Shown piece by piece: positions 1-6,848 of a DNA stretch of 11,377 nucleotides. The stretch is from assembly GCA_045605805.1 (NCBI GenBank), contig JAZUQR010000023.1, positions 1-11,377 of the forward strand. The letters are read 5' to 3'. The translations under genes and the position numbers were made by a program. The notes beneath the pieces are model-generated. The model saw only the letters and a program-made list of their open reading frames with translations, was not told where the DNA came from and ran no database searches. The stretch comes from Alphaproteobacteria bacterium (GTDB lineage: Bacteria > Pseudomonadota > Alphaproteobacteria > CAAHEQ01 > UBA3637). Positions within the stretch are counted from its first letter, which is position 1. Every line of letters starts with the position of its first letter.

Positions 1-177
1 GTGGATGAATTGGATGATGAATTTTGTAAAATTCTCGCAGAAACATCTTTTGAAGGGAATGATTTTAGCCATATCCGTGCATACAACGGGTACAGCGTGC
101 GCAAAGATCTTTTGCCGAACCACGATTGTGGTCCGACAAAATGGTGGGATTATAGAAAACGTCGCTTCCTTGACTAA
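1..177 (+). CDS. 3' end of a CDS entering from the left edge; unknown function
   Basis: Frame 1 is open from base 1 to TAA at 175-177 (VDELDDEFCKILAETSFEGNDFSHIRAYNGYSVRKDLLPNHDCGPTKWWDYRKRRFLD*). Composition is protein-like. Not in the ORF track. Confidence 0.65.
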   Translation: MDELDDEFCKILAETSFEGNDFSHIRAYNGYSVRKDLLPNHDCGPTKWWDYRKRRFLD

Positions 178-178
178 A

Positions 179-322
179 TTATTCCCAAAAACCGTAGTTT
201 TCTTTCCTCTGCATTTCACGTTCAGCATCATCATACAATTTTTCAATAGCCTTATATCTTCTGTCTTTCATATTTTCTCTATGGCTTTGTTTATGGGCCT
301 CTGTATAGTCTCTTTGTTTCAT
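179..322 (-). pseudogene. 47-aa hydrophilic ORF, probably a C-terminal gene remnant
   Basis: MKQRDYTEAHKQSHRENMKDRRYKAIEKLYDDAEREMQRKENYGFWE*. The frame is open upstream into the T-run ending the 331-681 gene, there is no clear RBS, and the stop abuts the convergent stop at 175-177. Confidence 0.4.
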
Positions 323-330
323 GCCATCAT

Positions 331-681
331 CTAAAAAAAACAATCAGTGCTGTAAAATCCCCAAACCTCACAAACAACTATAATGGAGAAACATAATAAC
401 AACCACAACAGAAAGTATATAAAACTATATAGCAAAATCTTTAATTTTCTCTTGATATCACCATATAATACATTTTTCCAAGAACTCTTTACAAACAATC
501 CTGTTAGTAAGGCAAAAGATACTTGTGCAACTGTCCATATATAGATATCTATATTTAATTTATCGGGTGGTAAACAACCAGTTATAATAGAAGTTCCTAA
601 AGCCTTTAATTCTACATAATAAAATATCCCCCATCCGAGGAAAAACAAAACACTTAAAAGAATGCTGAAAATTTTTTTCAT
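331..681 (-). CDS. 3-TM membrane protein, putative immunity protein (family A, copy 2)
   Basis: RBS AAGGA before ATG and three hydrophobic segments. Clear paralog of 1165-1521 (shared LSVLFFLGWGIFY, GC, IW...Q, LFVK, KLKIL, C-terminal CF). The immunity role is inferred from position. Confidence 0.8.
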   Translation of the reverse strand: MKKIFSILLSVLFFLGWGIFYYVELKALGTSIITGCLPPDKLNIDIYIWTVAQVSFALLTGLFVKSSWKNVLYGDIKRKLKILLYSFIYFLLWLLLCFSIIVVCEVWGFYSTDCFF

Positions 682-715
682 TTTAATTCCTTTGACTCAT
701 GCAAGGGAGCTCTCC

Positions 716-1060
716 TCAACGAAACAAATGTTTGATCCATATTTCTATCGGATATTTAAAAATCCATAGTAGATAACATAACATTAAAATAGCAATTCTT
801 CCAAAGTGCTTTCTGTGGTATTTTAAAACACAACACAAGCAAACGAGACAGATGATTGCATCTAAAAAAGCACGTAGACCGTAATATATTGGCGATTTAT
901 AATACCACCATTCACTAAAAGATTCACTTCCCCAATGCTCGAACGGGTGAACAAAAATCATATCCACTGCGTCTTCTAAATATAACAATTCAAAAAAACA
1001 CAAAATGATTATAAATAAAATAATTGTACTTTTTTTTAACATGACGTTTATGTTTTTCAT
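716..1060 (-). CDS. 3-TM membrane protein, putative immunity protein (family B)
   Basis: RBS GAGG and its own promoter at 1082-1110. Three hydrophobic segments with an aromatic loop (WGSE..WWYYKSP.YY). No evident similarity to family A. Confidence 0.8.
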   Translation of the reverse strand: MKNINVMLKKSTIILFIIILCFFELLYLEDAVDMIFVHPFEHWGSESFSEWWYYKSPIYYGLRAFLDAIICLVCLCCVLKYHRKHFGRIAILMLCYLLWIFKYPIEIWIKHLFR

Positions 1061-1081
1061 GGGATACCTCTTCTATATCAG

Positions 1082-1110
1082 ATTATGGTCTACATTTACT
1101 CAACTGTCAA
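1082..1110 (-). promoter_or_regulatory. sigma70-type promoter for 716-1060
   Basis: TTGACA (1110-1105), 17-nt spacer, CATAAT (1087-1082). Confidence 0.75.
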
Positions 1111-1169
1111 TATTCACACCAATCTGGGTATTTTACAATTAAGTCCATGTCTTCGCCACGAGAATCAAA
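1107..1169 (-). pseudogene. Orphan C-terminal tip of a paralogous Tlde1-like toxin
   Basis: FDSRGEDMDLIVKYPDWCEY* versus the toxin end FESHEEDIELIVKYPDWF*. 1118-1170 matches 1577-1629 at 44/53 nt, and 7 of the 9 differences are at third codon positions. Confidence 0.85.
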
Positions 1170-1521
1170 AACACTCAATGTGTGAAATTCTAAACTGAAT
1201 TGATAACAGCACAATTCCAAAATACAATAATATCCATACAGTAGAAAAGACAAAACTGAAGAATAAAATTTTTAATTTGAATAAAATGGAAGAATTGCAC
1301 ATCTTGCGAATCCATTTTTTTACAAATAACAACGAGATTAAAATAAAAAGAACTTGACTGATAAACCACAGCCAAATATTCATGGGGATGCCACCTTTTC
1401 CATCCGTAAAAAAACAACCATTTTTTAATACCCTCAATAGGCAAAAGAACTCTAACACATAAAATATGCCCCAGCCAAGAAAAAACAAAACACTTAGAAA
1501 AATATTCAATACTTTTTTCAT
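1165..1521 (-). CDS. 3-TM membrane protein, putative cognate immunity protein (family A, copy 1)
   Basis: RBS GAGGA. Lies directly downstream of the toxin gene and is a paralog of 331-681. Confidence 0.8.
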   Translation of the reverse strand: MKKVLNIFLSVLFFLGWGIFYVLEFFCLLRVLKNGCFFTDGKGGIPMNIWLWFISQVLFILISLLFVKKWIRKMCNSSILFKLKILFFSFVFSTVWILLYFGIVLLSIQFRISHIECF

Positions 1522-1542
1522 TTTAATTCCTCTGACAGGGGC

Positions 1543-1571
1543 AATATACTATATTTGCTTCAAAGTGTCAA
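1543..1571 (-). promoter_or_regulatory. sigma70-type promoter for 1165-1521
   Basis: TTGACA (1571-1566) immediately after the toxin stop, 17-nt spacer, TATATT (1548-1543). Confidence 0.75.
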
Positions 1572-2237
1572 TCAAAACCAATCTGGGTATTTAACAATTA
1601 ACTCTATATCTTCTTCGTGAGATTCAAAATAACTAATAAAATTATCCATACCTTCTGCTAGGTCAATACAGCCTTTTGATCCCATATCTACTCCACCATG
1701 AATAGATAGATTTGTGCGCCCTTGAGTATTTGTTTTCTTATCTGGTTCTAACCAAATTCTATCATTGCCCCATGAAATGTTACCGCCTGGTCATTTCCCT
1801 AAGGGATAATTTATATGTTTTGTTAGCCCTCCAACATAACTTATTATTTGATCGTCCCAAGATAAATCATCAAATTTTTGATGATTTTTTTGTCTGACAT
1901 GCCATTTACTCTCTGGGATAGGTCCAGCACCAGACACCCCCATATATTTCCTACTTTGAAAATTCTCCTTTCCAGACATAGCAGGCCATTCCTTTACTTT
2001 TTGACCGTTTTCATACCACATCAGTTTTTGTCCATCAAATAATAAATAGGTCTTACCCTTATTTTCTTCCTCTATTGGTTCGGCCCAACAGCGACAATTA
2101 GGGGCTTCGCCTGGATTACCTCCTTCTGGTGGGTTATCAAAGTCAAATATTTGTCCGTTTCGGGCGGCATGTTCGGAACGCACTTTACTATCACCCATTG
2201 TGTGCCATATATATTTTGTCATTTTCTTTCCTTTCAT
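1572..2237 (-). pseudogene. Minimal MuF (gpF minor head) domain fused to a DUF2778/Tlde1-like L,D-transpeptidase-fold domain; one internal TGA at 1791-1793
   Basis: N-terminal YIWHTMGDSKVRSEH...PGEAPNCRCWAEP is the MuF C-terminal motif. It is followed by LLFDG...AMSG...GPIPE. The frame continues past the TGA as PGGNISWGNDRIWLEPDKKTNTQGRTNLSIHGGVDMGSKGCIDLAEG...KYPDWF*, with His and SxGC catalytic-type residues. Likely start is the ATG at 2222 (RBS AAGGA). Confidence 0.8.
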
Positions 2238-2242
2238 TTAAT

Positions 2243-2307
2243 AAAAAAAGCCCGCAAGGGTCATTCCTTACAGGCAACAAAAAACAGGGCATAGTTTTCC
2301 CTGTTAA
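2243..2307 (-). promoter_or_regulatory. Double-hairpin leader (two terminator-like stems), copy 1
   Basis: AACAGGG-N9-CCCTGTT followed by Ts, then GCCTGTAAGG-AATGAC-CCTTGCGGGC followed by T7. Lies between the promoter and RBS of the toxin gene. Repeated at 6718-6772. Confidence 0.65.
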
Positions 2308-2316
2308 CCGTTTGAG

Positions 2317-2344
2317 AGTATAGCATAAATCCACAAAAAATCAA
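2317..2344 (-). promoter_or_regulatory. Promoter for the MuF-Tlde1 gene
   Basis: TTGATT, 16-nt spacer, TATACT with an extended -10 TGn. Confidence 0.55.
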
Positions 2345-2558
2345 GGATTATTTTCCTATTCTATCAGTTTGAAGTCAATTCTGAAGCCGATGAACATGAC
2401 AAAACTGTACCTTTACCTATCCATCTGAACCAAAACTAAAGTTCCCCAGAGGGGTTTTGTTATAATAAAGTTTGTAGCCACCTTTTGGCAAGTGGGCGTT
2501 TTGAAGATCGACGTTTTGTCAGAATGTACAGTATTTAGATGCAATTTCTTATTAAAAT

Positions 2559-3806
2559 TTAAAATATATTTTGTGCCATGTGGGCTAATCCCAATGCAAC
2601 ACTTTCTATGCGCTGATTATCAGAGATTTCTGCGTCAGGAAATAACTTTCTTATAGCTTGGTGAACCAAAGGAATTTGACTTGTTCCTCCTGCTAAAATT
2701 AGCATGTTGACTTGGTGAGGCTTGATTTGAGCAGACGCAAGACATTGCTTGATTGTGTCAATGATATGGTTACATTCCTCTTGCGTGCATTTTTCAAACG
2801 ATGTTCGAGTAATCTCAAAAATCATATTTCTATTAAGAGCATTGAACATTGTTTTTACATTCTCTTGCTGGGTTAAGTGTATTTTGCATGATTCAACTAC
2901 TTGTAATAGATGATGAGCTTGTTGTGTTTCCAATAGTTCCAATAGATTTTCTATTAATAATACCTCATCTGCTGTTTGAAGTATTTCCTCAACAATACGT
3001 ATATTTTTTGGTGTATACATAAAGTTAATTCTACTCCATTCACATAAACCGGTGAATAAAAACTCAGGAACACGCAAATGTTTCAGACCATAATGAGTTC
3101 CTCGTCCAAATTGTCCCATAAAGGAATGCAGTGCCAAATCACGATCAAAATCATTACCTCCTACACGAATTCCTGCCGTTGCTAAAATATCGTTTTTCCG
3201 ATCTTTCTTATGTAGAAATGACGGTCCCAAATGAATAAGTGTAAAATCAGAAGTACCGCCCCCTAAATCTGCAACCAAAGCTATTTTATTTTCTTCTAAC
3301 ATTTGCTCATGTGCAAAAGCGGCAGCAATAGGCTCATACTGAAAAACAATATTTTTAAATCCAATTAACTCTGCAATTTTTCGCATTTCTTGTTCTGCAC
3401 GTATATCGGCAATACTGTCATTAAGCTGATAATGCACAGGACGGCCCAAAACAACGGAATCTAGTTCTGCATTTATTTGATTTTCTGCCCGAATTTTAAT
3501 TTCTCTTAAAAACGAGGCAATAATAAGATCAAAAGGAATTATTTTATTTCCTATAAGTGTTCCTGTTTTCATCAAATCTGTGCCAAGAATTCGTTTCAAA
3601 CTACGCAAAAATCTGCCATCTTCACCATTGATGTAAGAATTAATAGCCTTATGTCCAAATTGACGCTCTTTTTTAGAATAAAATATAGCAGAAGGCAAAA
3701 TCGTATGTTCTTCATCAATTTTAATCAGTGAACTACCCTTTTCATTACAAATTGCTAAAAGAGAATTTGTTGTTCCAAAATCAATGCCACAAGAAATATG
3801 CTTCAT
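2559..3806 (-). CDS. yegD: Hsp70-family chaperone, YegD-like (no substrate-binding domain)
   Basis: Motifs GIDFGTTNS, VVLGRPVHY, FQYEPIAAA, DLGGGTSDF, GGNDFD, LAGGTSQIP; about 415 aa. Start placed at ATG 3806 (RBS AAGGTG). Confidence 0.9.
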   Translation of the reverse strand: MKHISCGIDFGTTNSLLAICNEKGSSLIKIDEEHTILPSAIFYSKKERQFGHKAINSYINGEDGRFLRSLKRILGTDLMKTGTLIGNKIIPFDLIIASFLREIKIRAENQINAELDSVVLGRPVHYQLNDSIADIRAEQEMRKIAELIGFKNIVFQYEPIAAAFAHEQMLEENKIALVADLGGGTSDFTLIHLGPSFLHKKDRKNDILATAGIRVGGNDFDRDLALHSFMGQFGRGTHYGLKHLRVPEFLFTGLCEWSRINFMYTPKNIRIVEEILQTADEVLLIENLLELLETQQAHHLLQVVESCKIHLTQQENVKTMFNALNRNMIFEITRTSFEKCTQEECNHIIDTIKQCLASAQIKPHQVNMLILAGGTSQIPLVHQAIRKLFPDAEISDNQRIESVALGLAHMAQNIF

Positions 3807-3838
3807 ATCATAACACCTTTTGTGTTGTATAGGATTGT

Positions 3839-3912
3839 ATGGTACTATATTTATTCTCAATTGTCAAGAAACAAGAAATTGATTGACGTCTAAAACTAGT
3901 ATTGTATATATT
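3839..3912. promoter_or_regulatory. Divergent sigma70-type promoters
   Basis: Minus strand: TTGACA (3867-3862)-N17-TACCAT. Plus strand: TTGACG (3883-3888)-N18-TATATT. Confidence 0.5.
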
Positions 3913-3931
3913 AAAGGAGAAGGAGATAAAC

Positions 3932-4405
3932 ATGGTAGACAATATTTTTAGATATTCTATGAAAGCTATTATCATTAAAGATGGAAAATTTTTGGTTGAG
4001 CAAGTAGACCAAGGGCGTGGTCAATTTTATAAACTTCCAGGAGGTGGTCATCATTTTGGAGAAACTATTCACCAAGCGCTACTTAGAGAACTCAAAGAAG
4101 AGTTAGGGCTAGATGCCAATATTGGAACTTTGTTATTTATACGTGATTACATAGCCAAGAATCACGACATGGAGTTTGATGATCCCAATTTTCAGCAAAC
4201 GGAGTTGATGTTCCTTTGTGATGTAAAAGATTTCTCAAACCTTGGTAAAGGATTAGAACCGGATAAGAACCAAATTATTTGTTGGAAAACAGCAGAAGAA
4301 TTGGGACGAATTAAATTCCTTCCCCAAAAGCTCGTTCCTTACTTGAAAGATTTGAAGAAGCTACAAGAACAAAAAGAAACAATTTATTTGGGTGATATTA
4401 ACTAA
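3932..4405 (+). CDS. Nudix hydrolase
   Basis: Nudix box GGGHHFGETIHQALLRELKEELG. ATG 3932 follows the RBS AAGGAGAAGGAG. Confidence 0.92.
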   Translation: MVDNIFRYSMKAIIIKDGKFLVEQVDQGRGQFYKLPGGGHHFGETIHQALLRELKEELGLDANIGTLLFIRDYIAKNHDMEFDDPNFQQTELMFLCDVKDFSNLGKGLEPDKNQIICWKTAEELGRIKFLPQKLVPYLKDLKKLQEQKETIYLGDIN

Positions 4406-4488
4406 TATCACTTCTCGGTTTTGTATTTGTCTTTTATTGAATTTTTTTTCAGAAGTATTTTTATAATGCTATACACAAAGAAAAGCAA

Positions 4489-4896
4489 ATGAGCAAAATT
4501 AAACTATCTGTTTGTGGTGTCATTGTACATCAGAACAAGTTTCTAATCGTCAAACGATCTGAAACAGATGACTTTTTGCCAAATTGTTGGGAATTCCCTG
4601 GTGGTAGTGTAGAAGATGGTGAAACAATATCCGAAGCCTTGAAACGAGAAATAAAAGAAGAAATAGGTTTAGATATATCAAATGAACATCCCCAACTAAT
4701 TGGTATTTCTGAAGAGTTTATGAATGAAGAAAAAACAGAAAGATATTTACAATTAAATTATAAAATTGTTATGGACACAGAACCCAACATGACACTCAGT
4801 TCCGAACATGTCACTTTTGATTGGGCGGACACGACCGATTCCAGATTGGACGATTTTCTAAAAGAGATTATTAGGCAAGTGGAGACAGACAAATGA
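4489..4896 (+). CDS. Nudix hydrolase (MutT-like)
   Basis: WEFPGGSVEDGETISEALKREIKEEIG and the LSSEH motif. Confidence 0.92.
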   Translation: MSKIKLSVCGVIVHQNKFLIVKRSETDDFLPNCWEFPGGSVEDGETISEALKREIKEEIGLDISNEHPQLIGISEEFMNEEKTERYLQLNYKIVMDTEPNMTLSSEHVTFDWADTTDSRLDDFLKEIIRQVETDK

Positions 4897-5363
4897 GTTT
4901 ACCGACTTGCTATCTTATTTGTGGGTTTTTAGGGGCGGGTAAAACAACTTATTCCCAAAAACTCTCCAAAGAAACGGGAGCCATCCATCTGAATCCTGAT
5001 GAATGGTGTATGAAATTGTTTTCTAAAAAAGAGTACGAGCAAAATTGGAACAAATGTTTTTCTGAAACTATAGAGTATTTGTGGAAAAAAGCAGAAGAAT
5101 ATGCCAAAAATGGAAAATCTGTTATTTTTGACATGGGATTTTGGACAAAACAAAGTCGGGATGAAGCAACACAAAGGGCAAAGGATTTGGGGTTCAATTC
5201 TGTTATACATTTTTTGACTGTGCCAGATGAGATTTTGAAACAACGTATTTCAAAACGAAGTGGGACTATAGCAGATTATAATTTACAGCATTTTAATGCA
5301 CTTAAACAGCAATTTGAAGAACCCAGCACAGATGAAGAATATGTTTTGATAAAAAATTACTAA
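4893..5363 (+). CDS. P-loop kinase (AAA_33-like)
   Basis: Walker A GFLGAGKTT, VIFD, R...R lid, FEEP. ATGA overlap with the upstream gene. Confidence 0.88.
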   Translation: MSLPTCYLICGFLGAGKTTYSQKLSKETGAIHLNPDEWCMKLFSKKEYEQNWNKCFSETIEYLWKKAEEYAKNGKSVIFDMGFWTKQSRDEATQRAKDLGFNSVIHFLTVPDEILKQRISKRSGTIADYNLQHFNALKQQFEEPSTDEEYVLIKNY

Positions 5364-6199
5364 CTCTTTAAAAATGAAATAACCGTATCGGATAGGGCTT
5401 TTTCCTGATTTTTGAATACATGGTTTGCCTCAGGAATTACTGCAGATTGCCCCGCTGGTAAAGTATTTGCAATTTTTTGCATATATTCATCCGCTTTTTC
5501 ATCTTCCTTGGATCCAATGATTACCAGAGTGGAATAAACAATTTTTTCCAAGGCACTCATATCTCCATTCGGTGTCTTATAGGGAATATTATTGATTTTG
5601 GGATCTGTAATGAAATCATAATAGGTTTGAGAAGAAATGACACATCCCCCTAATAATTTTTTGGTTAGAAGCTTATCCGGTTGCCCCGTCTTGATATTTT
5701 TAGTGGCCTCATCCAACATTCCCTCATGCATGGGCAATTTGGGAAAATTCACATTATCCTGAGGGGCAAGCAACACCACTTTTTTCAGATGCGCTGGCTG
5801 ATGATTTTGTAAATAATGAACGATTTTATTGCATCCCAAACTGTGTGCAATCACATAAACATCCTCATAATCTTTAAGAAAGGAAAACCAAGCATCCAAG
5901 TCATAAATGCAATCTTCAAAGTGTTCATAAGCTGCTCCTTTCATGATATTGGACAACTTTCCATCCTCGTTTAGGTAAGGGAAACTGATGGTTTGAAAGG
6001 AACCTTGATTATGGGCAAACAGGAAATCTATTTTGTTTTCAAGGCACGCTCTGGCTAATTCCCGTGCAAATTTACTTTCCATAAAACTGCCAGCTAGTCC
6101 CGGAATAAATAGAGCACAAGATTTATGCTCCTCTTTGGCATGAAATCCATTGAGGAAGATATTTTGTTCTGTTTTTACTTCCACATATTCATAATGCAT
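5360..6199 (-). CDS. Alpha/beta hydrolase (DUF1749-like)
   Basis: FIPGLAG oxyanion loop, AHSLG nucleophile elbow, EANHVF catalytic His. Start is ATG 6199 or GTG 6202. The stop overlaps the convergent stop of the kinase gene. Confidence 0.88.
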   Translation of the reverse strand: MHYEYVEVKTEQNIFLNGFHAKEEHKSCALFIPGLAGSFMESKFARELARACLENKIDFLFAHNQGSFQTISFPYLNEDGKLSNIMKGAAYEHFEDCIYDLDAWFSFLKDYEDVYVIAHSLGCNKIVHYLQNHQPAHLKKVVLLAPQDNVNFPKLPMHEGMLDEATKNIKTGQPDKLLTKKLLGGCVISSQTYYDFITDPKINNIPYKTPNGDMSALEKIVYSTLVIIGSKEDEKADEYMQKIANTLPAGQSAVIPEANHVFKNQEKALSDTVISFLKS

Positions 6200-6288
6200 C
6201 ACAATCTTCTTTGATAATATGAAATAAAAATATCAAAAGTTATGTTAAAAGTCAAGATTACTCACCATTTTTCCCTTTTTGAGGAGAT

Positions 6289-6358
6289 AAATACACCTTT
6301 TAGTTGTATTTTTAGGGGGTTGTTATTTTTTAGTTGCATTTTAGCAAAAATACAGCTA
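6289..6358. promoter_or_regulatory. Operator-like direct and inverted repeats (TAGTTGTATTTT)
   Basis: Copies at 6301-6312 and 6331-6342, an inverted copy at 6347-6358 and a partial inverted copy at 6289-6295, all upstream of the RHH gene. Confidence 0.45.
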
Positions 6359-6399
6359 TAAGTATAGGTGAAAAAACTTTAACAAAGGATTGAAAAAAA

Positions 6400-6639
6400 A
6401 TGTTGATATGCAAAAATGTAATTGTGAACGGCAGACGCACCAGCATGAGATTAGACAAAGAAACTTGGCTCTCGCTGAGCGAAATCTGCAAAACAGAAAA
6501 TACAAACCTACACGCTCTGTGTTCAAAAATTGAAAAAAGCAAAGGCGAATGCGGCCTGTCCGGTGCGGTCAGAAGTTTTGTCCTTACCTACCTGCGCCAA
6601 CTGTTGCAACAATACCGCCAACACAGCCCCCGCATTTAA
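6400..6639 (+). CDS. Ribbon-helix-helix protein (RHH_4 type)
   Basis: KNVIVNGRRTSMRLD..W..L.EIC...LSGAVR.FVL.Y is the typical alphaproteobacterial RHH_4 signature. RBS AAGGA. Confidence 0.9.
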   Translation: MLICKNVIVNGRRTSMRLDKETWLSLSEICKTENTNLHALCSKIEKSKGECGLSGAVRSFVLTYLRQLLQQYRQHSPRI

Positions 6640-6645
6640 CTAAGC

Positions 6646-6676
6646 CCTTGCTCGGCAAAAGCCAGCAAGGATTTTT
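6646..6676 (+). terminator. Probable intrinsic terminator of the RHH gene
   Basis: CCTTGCT(C)GGC-AAAA-GCCAGCAAGG followed by ATTTTT, just after the stop. Confidence 0.6.
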
Positions 6677-6717
6677 GGGGGAAATCATTTGTGAATTTAG
6701 GTTCTGCCCTCTGGTGT

Positions 6718-6779
6718 TTAGCAGGGCTAACTATACCCTGTTTTTTATTGCCCGTATGGAATGACCCTTGCGTTTTTTT
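6718..6779 (+). repeat. Double-hairpin leader, copy 2 (inverted relative to copy 1)
   Basis: 6718-6772 matches the reverse complement of 2253-2307 at 48/55 nt without gaps, and is followed by T7. Confidence 0.85.
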
Positions 6780-6800
6780 AACCCTATAACAGGAGTTTAT

Positions 6801-6848
6801 ATGCCAGATAAAGCAACCTTAGTATTTCATGGGCAAAAAGTGGTTGTT
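6801..6848 (+). pseudogene. 5' stub of a second, MuF-less Tlde1-like gene
   Basis: RBS AGGAG, then MPDKATLVFHGQKVV, which resembles GKTYLLFDGQKLM of the toxin (2019-2057). It runs into the 3' end of the convergent glycosyltransferase (in-frame stop at 6879-6881). Confidence 0.55.

Noticed and set aside
110-141. 14-bp hairpin (minus strand, two G-U pairs)
   Set aside because: It lies inside the 1-177 coding frame and has no U-run on the minus strand. It could be a weak terminator for the array but is not supportable.
5-334. 109-aa plus-strand ORF from the track
   Set aside because: It overlaps the more protein-like frame 1-177 and the antisense remnant 179-322, and has no recognisable motif.
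331-1629. Integron, CRISPR or DGR interpretation of the repeats
   Set aside because: No attC-like palindromes, integrase, regularly spaced repeats or reverse transcriptase. The differences follow codon position rather than being adenine-specific.
1572-2237. Genome-wide TGA recoding (code 4 or 25) as the explanation for the internal stop
   Set aside because: TGA ends several genes at sensible positions, including two ATGA overlaps, and the long genes contain no internal TGA.
331-2237. Prophage or holin-endolysin lysis cassette
   Set aside because: No portal, terminase, capsid or integrase genes in the window. The orphan toxin tip and separate promoters fit an immunity array better, though a holin role is not formally excluded.
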